Source: Chromera velia
Taxonomy: Eukaryota
Direction of reading: 5' to 3'
Length of the DNA: 47,159 bases
Assembly (NCBI GenBank): GCA_018398765.1
Contig: JAHBMJ010000464.1
Span: forward strand, 1-47,159
The notes beneath the pieces are model-generated. The model searched no databases, was not told the DNA's origin, and was given only the letters and a program-made list of their open reading frames with translations. Position 1 is the first letter of the stretch; each line of letters begins with the position of its first letter. Shown here piece after piece: positions 1 to 10,225 of the stretch. The position numbers and the translations under genes are program-made.

Positions 1-1
1 A

Positions 2-1453
2 AACCCCCCCCCCCCCCCCCCCCTCCACACCCTCAGAAGAGGGGGCCCACAAGACGCGCAAAGACCCCGGCTACTGGGCCCACCACTCCCTCCCGTCCAC
101 AACCCCACCCAACGACCATACCCAGGCGGACCCCCTCCCATCCGCCCCCCCCTCCGCTCGCTGCTCACAACTGCCCCCCGTCCACCTCTGCAAGCTCAAG
201 GGCACATGAGGCCAGTCGAACCAGTGAAGACGGGGGGTGTATCTGCCGTGCCGCCTGCCCACAGTGGAGCCTCGAGACTGGACATGTCAAAGAGTGGGGG
301 GATGCACAGATTCCCGATGGGAGCCTCCAACTCGTCTTCTTTTTCCTCCAAAGAACAACAACAGCAGCACCAGAAAACGCAACCCCGATTCCATCCAGGG
401 CCCCTGCCTGCACTCCCAGCAGGAAGTGCAGAGAAGGGTGGGAAGGGACAAAGAAGGGAAGAGTACACACAACCGACGATGCGGATGAGTGCCTTGGGGA
501 TGGAGGATGAGGATGTGGTGATGGACGGGGATTCGTCCCCCCCTTCTTGTTCTTCTGCTGCTGCCAATGTCGAAATGGCGGAGGATACGGGAACAGGGCC
601 AGGAAAGGGAAATTCCGCAACAGCGGACCCTCGTGGGAATGTCGGTCAGATGGCAGCACAGCAGCAGCAGCAGCAGCAGCAGCGCTTCTTCAACCCCCAC
701 ACTCAGACTCAGGCCCAAAAAGAAACGGTCTTGAGGCCCCTGTGTGAACCTAACAGAGCCCCTCCAAATAAGCCTGGGGCTCCGGCGTCCAGTTCATTCA
801 AGTTCCCCTTCCCCCCTCAGCAGAACACACAGAGAAGCAACCAGAAGACCCCTGCAACCAACACATCCTTCAACTCCTCACAGGGACACCAGAAGGATCA
901 CCGGGAGGCTGCATCCTCCGCAGTCGCTCCAGCAGGTCTGTCAAGAGGGGGGAGGGGCATCGACAGGGGACGGGACAACTTCAGCAGGGAGTTTCCCGCC
1001 CCGACCTCGACCTCCTTCTCAGCGCACCCTCTTCCTTCCTCTTCCAACGTTGCTCCTGGTGCTGCCCTCGGTGGCGGCGTTGCCTGCTCTGGCTCTGGCA
1101 ATGGAATGGAGAGAAGAAAGCCAGGGACAGCCGTTCCCCTTGTCGTCAACACGGGGGGTAAACGGAAGTCCTCTGCCCCGTCTCCGTCTGCGAAGAACGG
1201 GTCAAAAAGGGGAGGAGAGGGGGGAGCACCCGCCCCTAGGAAACAAGTCAAACTGCAGCAGCAGCAGTCTCAGCAGCAGCAGCAGCAGACGGCCACAGGC
1301 GCCCAGAGAGGAAAACGAAAAGCCGCTGCGGCGGGACAGAATCCTCCGAGTGCTTCTACATCTGCAGCCCCGCTGCAGAAACAGAAGGCCCAGACCACCA
1401 TATTTTCGCATTTCCCAGTCAAGCCAAAAGCCCCATCGCAACCGACACAGTAG
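2..1453 (+). CDS. 3' part (terminal exon) of a low-complexity Gln/Pro/Ser/Gly-rich protein, 5'-partial
   Basis: The frame of ORF 206..1453 stays open back to the window edge (...RPRLLGPPLPPVHNPTQRPYPGGPPPIRPP...). It has poly-Q tracts, basic NLS-like patches (GGKRK, RGKRK) and a C-terminal QTTIFSHF that resembles a PIP box. Stop TAG at 1451-1453. Confidence 0.7.
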   Translation, partial: NPPPPPPLHTLRRGGPQDAQRPRLLGPPLPPVHNPTQRPYPGGPPPIRPPLRSLLTTAPRPPLQAQGHMRPVEPVKTGGVSAVPPAHSGASRLDMSKSGGMHRFPMGASNSSSFSSKEQQQQHQKTQPRFHPGPLPALPAGSAEKGGKGQRREEYTQPTMRMSALGMEDEDVVMDGDSSPPSCSSAAANVEMAEDTGTGPGKGNSATADPRGNVGQMAAQQQQQQQQRFFNPHTQTQAQKETVLRPLCEPNRAPPNKPGAPASSSFKFPFPPQQNTQRSNQKTPATNTSFNSSQGHQKDHREAASSAVAPAGLSRGGRGIDRGRDNFSREFPAPTSTSFSAHPLPSSSNVAPGAALGGGVACSGSGNGMERRKPGTAVPLVVNTGGKRKSSAPSPSAKNGSKRGGEGGAPAPRKQVKLQQQQSQQQQQQTATGAQRGKRKAAAAGQNPPSASTSAAPLQKQKAQTTIFSHFPVKPKAPSQPTQ

Positions 1454-2452
1454 TCGGGTGAAGCGAAAGCGAGTTTCTTTATTTATTCGACCAGTAAGAG
1501 TTTATACGGGCTCTTTCTGTTCTCTCTTTGGGGGGGGTCTGTCAAGACCTCATGCATCAAGTGATACTGATTCCTTGATCGCCTAAATTTGTGAGACGGG
1601 CCGGCCGGTATGAATTTAGCTTGACTGCATGCGTGACACACGTGGGCAGGCATGTAGTCGACATTGATCGAATTCAACACGTCGATCGTGCTCAGGAGGG
1701 CGGGCGGGGGGACAGCGTACGCCTTCCGAACAAGCTTCAACTCAGGCAGTTGGCGTTGGAGTTGACGGCCTTTTCTCCTCCGGCGGGCGCCTTTTACATG
1801 AATGTACAATGCTGTCGCAAGCTTCATGCAGGCATCAAATTGAAACAAAGATTCAGTCCACAAAAGAGTGGAGCGTGAAGGCACCACAAATGCTTGGCTG
1901 CAACTGCCTGCCAGCAGGTTCTCGTTAGTTCTGGTGCTAGTTCTGGTGCATGAGACTGCGGCCGTGATAAATAAAGTATGGCTTTTAGATCATTTACTAA
2001 TTGATTTTGCTAATGATTTTGAATGATTTACTTTACTTAGATGATTTAGTCTAGGATTTAGTAGTTTATGCTAGAGTTTATGAATCTCTAGATCATAGAC
2101 TACTAGATGAATCTTTTCAAAGTTATATACTATAGCCTAGACTGTAGCTAAATCTTATGACAAATAATGGTAAAACCCGGAACATCAATGCTATGCTATG
2201 CTATATTGGATGTGGGATTTAACACCGCCTAGGAGTCTGCCAGTGGCGGTCCAACTGGGTTTTGGGACCGTTTGACGTCCTCTAACCTAGCCTCTAACTA
2301 ACTGACTAATTTAACGAACTGATCAACTTCACTAATATATATTTTAATAAACCTTATCATTTAGTTATTATTTGGTAGTAACTAGTAGCAGCAAGTAAGT
2401 CAACTTAGTCAATCATACTGTCATTGCATGTCATACACACACGCACACACAC

Positions 2453-2454
2453 TG

Positions 2455-2523
<69 letters not shown>
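2453..2523. repeat. (CA)n(GA)n compound microsatellite
   Basis: Seen directly. The same compound pattern recurs at about 4204-4349, 10046-10223, 10566-10606, 12731-12792 (reverse orientation) and 40171-40409. Confidence 0.95.
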
Positions 2524-2526
<3 letters not shown>

Positions 2527-2722
2527 ACCCCTAGAGTCATGCACATACAACTTAATGCACTCATTATCTTCAAAAATAGACAAAGATCCACTCGCAGTGA
2601 ACACATGGTGACATCGTCATTCGCACCACCAATGGCTCCCAGTCCATCTCCTTCAATTTTGATGAATTCCCTAGTGAATTCCTGAAGACAGAATGCAAAT
2701 GCACGATCATCTCCCGCACTGC

Positions 2723-4243
2723 TTATTTGCCTTGTTCTTCTCCCATTCGCATCATCGCCTCTGCAGTGAACCGCATGCCCTGCTTTCCCCCCATGAGCTG
2801 TTTTTTCCTTTCTTCTCTTTCCTTCCGCCTCTCCTCAAGAGACTGTTTCTGCTGCTGCTGTTGCTGCTGCTGTTGAGGGACGGAGCCTCCTTGCTGAGCG
2901 TCCGCCCGTTTGGCGGATCCGTCTGCCGCCATGTGCTTCACGGCACCTCTCATCGCGTCCACCCATTTCTTGTGCGTCGGGGCGTCGGAAAACTCAGCGA
3001 CAAGAACCGGAGCTCCGCGGGAATACACCACCAACGTATTCGGAGTGGCTGCATGCAAGGTCAAATGGGTTGCACTTTCGCTCCGAACACATGTATGTGT
3101 GCATGATTGTACGTCTGTTTGAAGGGGTGAACGTCTGTGTGTGTGTGTGTGTGGGTGGGTGGTGTGTCTGCAGCCCAGACTACGAAAAAGCTCCGACTTG
3201 ATACACATAGACATCAAAAGAACGCTTCGTACTGTTAGCGAACTTGTGTGAGTGGGTGAGCAGCCTCATGGGGTGCATAAGGGATCAGGGAGACATGGGG
3301 TCTCTTTGCTGAGTGACGACAAGTCAGTATCATCCATCCACTATCTTGAAGTCGATCGTCAATTGAGCGGTTTTGTTGTTTTGGTGGATGCATGAAGAGG
3401 GGGAAAAGGCAAGGAAGAGCAATCACTCTTCGATCGGTCGTGTCAACAAAAACAAATGTGAACGGACAAAGGGAGGAAGACTGGCGCTCTGTCATCATGC
3501 TCACGTAGACTGAATCAGGGACAGTTTGGTTGACTGCCTGACTGAGAATCTGCCTGCCTGCCTGCCTGCATGACTGAGAGACAAAGTGACAGGCCAGCCA
3601 CCAGCCTGCTGCCTCACTCAGTCTGCTGACTCACTGAAAGTGTCTTCAATTCTGTCCACAAGTTCCACCGGGATTTTGCCTGAGTCCACAGGCAGGTTGT
3701 TTCTGTTCTCCATCGTCTGCCAGCAGAACTGCATCCATCAACATTACCATCGCCAGCATCAGTTGAGGAAATCTCTAGGAGAAAGGGAACTCAAGCAATG
3801 AAAAGTGTGCGTGTTTCTCCGTGTTTGTGCACGCAGATGTACGAATTTGCGCTTGTACACCCCACCAACAGACAGAGACACACACACCCATGCATAGGCA
3901 GAAAGAAGCACAGAGGGACAGAGACCGATGGGAAAACGATCGGACACGTACACAGCGACTGACCATGACTGCCTCCCGGTCGAAGGACACGAGGATAGGC
4001 GTTCTGGCCGACCCCAGAACTCCAGGTTTGTGGAGTGTGCACGCCGCGCCCTCCTCGAGGAACGGGAGGGACTCCGCAGAGAATCTCTCCGCACCCGCGC
4101 GCTTCTCCCCGCACGCCGCACACGGAGACTCAAGACAGCACTTCAACAGAGCCCCCAGGCCGTAACACTGAATACAAAAGGCCTGCATACAAATATAGCC
4201 GGAACACACACACACACACACACACACACCACACACCACACAC

Positions 4244-4290
<47 letters not shown>

Positions 4291-4915
4291 NNNNNNNNNN
4301 NNNNNNNNNNNNNNNNNNNNAGAGAGAAAGAGAGAGAGAGAGAGAGAGAATATCTACGTAGATGGGTCGATAAGTAGATGGACAGAAGCAATATTCCTAC
4401 ATCCTAATGGATGGGAAGATGGACAGCCAGGGGAGGAAAGGGGGGTAGGGGGGTTGGAAGGATGGAAGAAGAAAGGACAGGGAGGACCAGAACAAGAGAC
4501 ATCAGAGAGTCACTGAAGCAGCAAGAAAACCGGCATGCAGGGATGAAGACAAGGGAGCGATGAATGAAGAAAGCCAAAAAGGGGAATTGAAACCAACGAG
4601 AAAAGGCAGGAAGATCAAAAATTCAGGAAGGATACCGTTCACCCTCTCGGATTGACTCACCCCTCCACATGATGGACAGGTAAAAGACGGGAACCAAATT
4701 TTAAATTCAGAAGAACACTTGGAGCACCGGGTAGAGGGCCCATTCCCGCCGCCTTCTCCTGCAGCCCCCGTGTGTGCAGCAGTGGGTGCAGCTGTGTTTG
4801 AATTCAATCCCATTCCCGTCTGCAGCTGCGTGAACCCCTGCTGAGCTCTTCCCATCATCTGCGCTGCGGCAATTTTGGTGCCCAGCTGCCTTGTGTAGTC
4901 CTTCAACTGATCCAT
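2723..4915 (-). CDS. FYVE-like zinc finger plus PH-like domain protein with C-terminal coiled coil (4 exons)
   Basis: Phase-compatible exons 4915-4661, 4182-3964, ~3728-3635 and 3114-2723 with GT..AG introns. The spliced product contains CSKCSSEFKIWFPSFTCPSCGG|AFCIQC...CAAC (8-Cys FYVE-type spacing) and a PH-like C-terminal helix (AEFSDAPTHKKWVDAMR), followed by poly-Q and a charged coiled coil. Confidence 0.7.
4291..4320. other. assembly gap (30 N) in an intronic (GA)n tract; a second 9-N gap lies at 18933-18941
   Basis: N runs in the sequence. Confidence 0.99.
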
Positions 4916-5382
4916 CTCGACTTGCTTGTCAAATGACGTACCGTACAGCTCTTTGGCCTATGCCGCTTTCTCGTGAACGGGGTCGATCAATCGCCTCTCC
5001 TCAGCAAGCAACGATAACAAATGTAAGCCTGCAGCAGAAGTTGTCTGCAAGTCCCAACAGACAGAAAAGGACTTTGATGAAAAATCGCTCAGTCTGCACG
5101 TCCAATTCTCAAGTAGACGGGCGGTCGGATATCATCGTGTGGTGCTTCGTGCAAGAGGAAAGGAGACGGGACCGCCACATACACTTTGATCTGTTGCCAT
5201 AGATCAGTCTTCCCTTCAAAAGATTCGAGCAAAACAGGAGATTCTGAAGCTTTACACAGGTGAAATGAGTGTTCACAAGAGAGCTTCTATGTGTCGAATC
5301 TGTTCTGTGGCTGACAGACGATGACAGAATGTGACACGATGTGACACACGTGCAGAAGATTGCAGGAACGTATCTGGATCGG

Positions 5383-5401
5383 TGCATGCATGATGCATGC
5401 A
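5383..5401. promoter_or_regulatory. two TGCATGCA palindromes between the divergent FYVE-like and LAGLIDADG genes (candidate ApiAP2 sites)
   Basis: TGCATGCA at 5383-5390 and 5394-5401. This motif is a known ApiAP2 binding site in apicomplexans; function here is inferred. Confidence 0.45.
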
Positions 5402-5744
5402 CGACCGAATTGAATTTAATAAGAGCCCCGGCATGCCCCATCATGCCCCGCATTGCCCCGCGGCCGCGGATGAGCCCCGCGCGGGCGGCCGCGGCTGGGC
5501 CAGCTAGGGCATGCAGTCGCGCGTGGCGCGTCAAAAGATCGATGCATGTCAAAAAGAGACTCTTTAAGAGCTCAAACGGTTAATTGTTCACGAAACAAGC
5601 GGTTGAAGATGGTTGAAGCGCTGGGAAGTTGGCATAGGAAGCTGGCAAGCTATTACCGCCGAACTGCATGCTGTATGTGTATATCAAACAGCCACATGAA
5701 AGCGGACTTTCGTTGTAAGCAGGTGGTACACAACAATCAATGTA

Positions 5745-6749
5745 TTGGAGCAAGAGGGAATGACTTTGAGTTTGGGACGAAAATATGCAGTGAATGCCAA
5801 TTTTTTCAATAATGGCCTTCATTCTCCTGAGACCTGTTGGCTTTGGGGAGCATTCCTGACTGATGGATCTGCATCTCAACGAGGTCGCATTCGGTGGATG
5901 GTGAAGTATGCCGACTATCAGTGGTTGGAGCGTCTGAAGCGCGCTTTGGAGAGCACCCACCCGGTCTCGCTCGGCACGAAAAGTCCCAGAGGAAATTCCT
6001 TTCACCAGGCGGATTTGAATGTGGTTTGCACGCAGCTGTGGAAGACCATGTGTGAGTTGCTGAGGAAGGAGTCGTGCGCGCCAGGATTTTCACCATCTCA
6101 CAAGTGCAAGTACGTCCGTCTACCAGCACTTGACCTTCCTGTTGATCAGCACTACAATGCGCTTTTGCGGGGAGTATTTGAGGGGGACGGGAGCCTCGTT
6201 GCCCACAAGAGACACGCCACGATGTCTCTCGAATTTGCAAGTAGCAACAGAGGCTTTGTAAGTGATGTGAGGGATGTGATCAACAAGCATGCTCTCTCAG
6301 GAGTACAGAAGGAGTTGTATGGCTCCTTGATCGACTACAAGCTACCGGATGGAAAATCCTTCCACAGTTTGAGGTTCTATGATAGGGAGGTCTTAATGGA
6401 CATCTGCGACTGGTTGTATCCAGCAGAGATGCACGAGTGCTCAACGTTGATGATGCCACGGAAGTTTAAAAGAGTTCGGTTTTTCCAGGACGTCTTCAGT
6501 GCCTGCAGCAAGCCGAACGTAGGGAGGATCAGCAGTAAATCTGATCGCCACGTACTGATGGACCAGATGATAAAGGACGAAAATACAGAGCAAGCCCGGC
6601 TACTTTTAGATCTAGTAAAGCAAGCATGTGACTACTGGGGACGCCAAAGAGGCCCCCTTGTGTCTGAGGAACTACACTTCAGGCCCAGTTTTATAGAGTT
6701 TGCAAGAAACTCAGTTTTGAATCCTCGGGATTCCTTCGTGAGACGGTGA
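5745..6749 (+). CDS. free-standing two-motif LAGLIDADG (intein/DOD-type) homing-endonuclease-like protein
   Basis: Uninterrupted 334-codon ORF (first in-frame ATG at 5760). Motif 1 context is RKYAVNANFFNNGLHSPETCWLWGAFLTDGS and motif 2 is ALLRGVFEGDGSL, followed by SLEFASSNRGFVSDVRDVI and ...ICDWLY...MPRKF. This architecture matches my recollection of bacterial/phage free-standing LAGLIDADG_3-type proteins. Confidence 0.85.
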   Translation: MEQEGMTLSLGRKYAVNANFFNNGLHSPETCWLWGAFLTDGSASQRGRIRWMVKYADYQWLERLKRALESTHPVSLGTKSPRGNSFHQADLNVVCTQLWKTMCELLRKESCAPGFSPSHKCKYVRLPALDLPVDQHYNALLRGVFEGDGSLVAHKRHATMSLEFASSNRGFVSDVRDVINKHALSGVQKELYGSLIDYKLPDGKSFHSLRFYDREVLMDICDWLYPAEMHECSTLMMPRKFKRVRFFQDVFSACSKPNVGRISSKSDRHVLMDQMIKDENTEQARLLLDLVKQACDYWGRQRGPLVSEELHFRPSFIEFARNSVLNPRDSFVRR

Positions 6750-7490
6750 TTCCACGCATAACTGTGCGTAGGAAGTTTAGCTCTAGGCGCCGCACATTAA
6801 AGGAAGAAGAAAAAATTACCCCCCCGACACTCAAAGCTGTTCTTGAAAATATTTTTCAAGATTGGATTTTTCAGCGATATCTAATTTCAAGTTAGGATTT
6901 TTGAGCGGCGGCACCGTTTCGTGCTATTTCGTGCCGCTAAAATTTATTCCACTGTACGCGTATGTGCCCTACTGTCGCGCTGCCTTTATGAAGCACCGCG
7001 CGGCCCCAGAAACCACGGCCCCGGCATACCTTTCTGCATGCAGGCGCGGTGTTTTTCTGAGGGCCCATCAGGCCGTGACGTGCAGGCTCAAATGGCAACT
7101 ACGTAATACCTGAGAGGGCAGCGCAGTCACGCATGCTGCTCACTCAATCCGCGAATCATGCAACAGGTGTATCACGTGTTGTTCAGGTATATCACGTATA
7201 CGAAATTTAAAAAATAAATCTGAATGTTCAGGAATCTGCACAGCAGAGAAAAAAAAAAAACCTGAACATTGGTCACTTTCTCTTGTCCATTCCTTTTTGA
7301 TCCTCTCACCTTCTCTCTCAAACGTTGAGTTTCTGTTTCTGTTTTTATTGAACCTTCACACATCGAGCTTCCAGCTGACATCGCGTCACTGTCATAGACT
7401 GAGCGTCGCTGAGTGTCTTGTTTCCTCTCAGATGAGTGCTTCCTTCGAATTCGCATGTTGCTTGTTGAATCCCCCTTTCTTTCTGCAACC

Positions 7491-7938
7491 ATGCCTGCCA
7501 ACCCGGCATTTCTCATGCAGCTGAACCGCACCTTGTAGAGCGCCATCCCAAACGCTGAGCGAAGACAAGACTTTGTGTCCCGCTTATCAGGAGAGGGTCC
7601 AGGAGAGCTGGGAATCTCTTTAAGGGAACTGGTTTCGCAGTTTGATCCAGAGAACCCGGTGGATTTGCAGGCCGTCGGTGTCAAGCGTGCGGTGGGCAGA
7701 GCAGCAAGAGATGCGCTGCTGCGGCAGTTTGCTGCCCCCCCCCCCCATAGTTGCTCCTGCTGCAGTCTCCCCTTCAGCTCCCATTACCCGTCCTAGTGCT
7801 CAAGCCCCCGCAGGTGCTCCGGCTGTAGTCCCCCCTTCAGCTCCCATTACCCCTCTCAGTACTCAGACCCCCGCAGTTGCTCCGGCTGCAGTCCCCGCTT
7901 CAGCTCCCATTACCCCTTCCAGTGCAACAGCAGCTTAA
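7491..7938 (+). pseudogene. disrupted cargo ORF inside the TIR element (unknown helical domain plus Ala/Pro repeats)
   Basis: ATG 7491 gives MPANPAFLMQLNRTL*SAIPNAERRQDFVSRLSGEGPGELGISLRELVSQFDPENPVDLQAVGVKRAVGRAARDALLRQFAAPPP, with an in-frame TAG at 7536-7538. A frame change in the poly-C run (~7735-7746) leads into the APAAVSPSAPIT repeats, which end at TAA 7936-7938. Confidence 0.5.
7750..7925 (+). repeat. ~63-bp tandem repeat, about 2.8 copies, encoding 21-aa Ala/Pro units
   Basis: Core cttcagctcccattaccc occurs three times. Translation: APAAVSPSAPITRPSAQAPAG / APAVVPPSAPITPLSTQTPAV / APAAVPASAPITPSS. Confidence 0.85.
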
Positions 7939-8050
7939 GTATCTAACCCCCGGGTCTCTCTACCTTGTGTGCCTGCCGTCTCCGTCAAAGGAGGCATTCG
8001 TTTATTTTTTCTTTCTTTTATTCAAGAGAAAGTGTCACTAGTTTTTTTTT

Positions 8051-8256
8051 TAAGACATACGCTCTGCTTGCGGCGTATAGCTTTTCAAGACATAGGCTCT
8101 CCTTGCGGCATAGCTTTTTAAGATATAGGCTCTGCTTGCGGCACAGCTTTTCAAGATATAAACCACGCCTGCGGCACAGCTTTTCAAGATATAGGCCACG
8201 CCTGTGGCGTGGCTTTTCAAGACATAGGCCGCACCTACGGCGCGGCCTTTCAAAAG
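8051..8256. repeat. 33-bp subterminal tandem repeat, about 6 copies
   Basis: Unit approximately cttttcaagaYataggcYcYgcYtgcggcaYag, drifting gradually along the array and ending next to the right TIR. Confidence 0.9.
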
Positions 8257-9489
8257 TAGATTTTTGAGCGGCACAAAATTTCAAGTAGCCTTGAGTGTCA
8301 GGGGGGTAGAAAAAATTAGGTCTCCCCAACTTTTTTTTTTTCTTTTTTAAATTAAAAGTCAAAAATACATCCTATGCCCGGGAGGATACGTAAGTTTGAG
8401 AGTCGAAAATAATTTTTTTCCTTGTGAAAGCACTTCAAATAAAATAATAATAAAAAAAGAACAAAAAAAAATAGTCAGTCTTTTTTTCCCCCTATGTGCG
8501 GGGCTAGGTGCGGGCCACAATGTGGCACCTAGACCTGCTTCGACATGCTTTTGTCCTCCTTCATGCTTTTTATAATCGTGAACGTTTTCCCATTCAAAAA
8601 TGAAAAAAGGTTTAGATTGAAATTCATTAAATTGGGATATACAGAAGCCTCCTTTTTAAAGAAAATGGCTAGGCTCTGCAATTAAAAATAGAATAATAAA
8701 TTAATTAAAGTCTTTAACTTTCATTTTTTCTATAGCATTTTTTCAGTTAAATTTATTTTTGTAGAGGGCCTCTAAAATTTTGTAGAGTTGCATCTAGAGT
8801 TACATGTGTAAAGATTTATAGAATTTGGTCAAAAACTTTCAACGAAAGTGAAGAGAAAAAACAAAGAATCTTAAATTTTTCATTTTATTATTATTTTTTT
8901 AAAGAATGCATGCAGGGTTCATCCACCTTATAAAAAATCATTGAAATCATTCAATGGAAAATCCATGGGAAGTTGATAAGGAATTTTAGTAAAATCAAAA
9001 GGAAATCCTAGGAAAATCTCTATAATTTGATACTTACTCTTATGTACTTTTATGTGAATAGTGCCTTACACTGGTATGACACTTTATTTTTATAAGGTCA
9101 AACATATTCCTAAACACGATCAAACCACTGGCTGCATCACTAGCATATAGCTGTCCAAAAATTAAGGTGAAAAAACATAAATTTGACATAGAATAAAAAA
9201 ATAACAGTTGAAGTTTTATAATTTGGATAAATATATGAATTTCATTCATTTTCTTCCCTAAACAGACCGATCATATAGATAACCCTACTAGTAAAACAAA
9301 AGTATCTCTTTAAATATCTAAAAAAAAAACTTAGAAATAGAGTCCTGCGATTTGTTCTAGGATTTGTTTTTATCTTGCTCGGCCTATCTGCTTTGAAGGT
9401 TTAAGTCATCGGACCATATGACAGGCTTCGAGAGCCACGGTCTCAAGCATCAAGTCATGGTGCTAGTCATGGTGTCGCATGCATCTTTC

Positions 9490-10043
9490 TCACCGAAAAA
9501 TCCCTTTAAAAGCCTGCTTCTCCTTTCGATTTGCAACCTCGATTTTCTTCTGACAGCTCCGCACCAGCGCCTGCACGCAAAAAGCAGAAGAGAGCAAAAA
9601 GCAAATGAGCCCAGGTTGTCTCAATGCATTCTTTGCTTGGCTGGATGAGGTGAGCGTCCCCACACTATTCAAACGGCGCATGGGAGACATGCGGAAAAGC
9701 CAAGAGATGACGCACCCCCCAAAACGGCGAAATCATAGACAGGCTTCCCTTGTACGCTCGGGAAATAACCCCGCCACCTACCTACCTGTATTGACGGATC
9801 TTTACCGTCAATGGCAGCCGCTGCCTGTGCCGCCTCCAAAGCGTCATCCAGCCTCAGCAGCGCAAGCAGAGCTTTTGCTTTGCGAAACTGGCACTGCACA
9901 TATGTCGTCAGCATCCAACGAACAAAAATTCCTGATACAGTTGCACGGACAGGCAACATATTCGGGAGCTTCGAAAGAAAAGTCGAAGAGTCACTCATTG
10001 GATTGCACAAAAGAGCAAGAACGCATGGAAGGAAGGGCGAATC

Positions 10044-10105
<62 letters not shown>

Positions 10106-10149
10106 GGAGAGAGAGAGAGAGAGGGAGGGAGGGAGAGAGAGATACACAC

Positions 10150-10225
<76 letters not shown>

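Larger units (their letters stand above)
6818..8307. mobile_element. non-autonomous TIR DNA transposon with 10-bp TSD (Mutator/Pack-MULE-like) carrying a gene fragment
   Basis: Left end ACCCCCCCGACACTCAAAGCT (6818-6838) versus reverse complement of the right end ACCCCCCTGACACTCAAGGCT (8307-8287): 19/21 identical. Perfect flanking direct repeat AGAAAAAATT at 6808-6817 and 8308-8317. No transposase ORF. Confidence 0.8.

Noticed and set aside
1483..1887. Overlapping ORFs or a possible ncRNA downstream of the first gene
   Set aside because: No recognisable protein motif, RNA family or splice pattern.
5745..6749. LAGLIDADG ORF as part of an intein or group I intron
   Set aside because: No Hint-domain blocks or terminal His-Asn, no interrupted host gene on either side, and no recognisable rRNA or organellar flanks.
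6817..8308. Tc1/mariner interpretation (TA TSD) of the TIR element
   Set aside because: TA does flank the C/G runs, but an exact 10-bp direct repeat explains the flanks better.
8504..8532. Hairpin CTAGGTG...GCCACAATGTGGC...CACCTAG as a Helitron end or terminator
   Set aside because: It is short and isolated, is not followed by T on either strand, and has no partner end.
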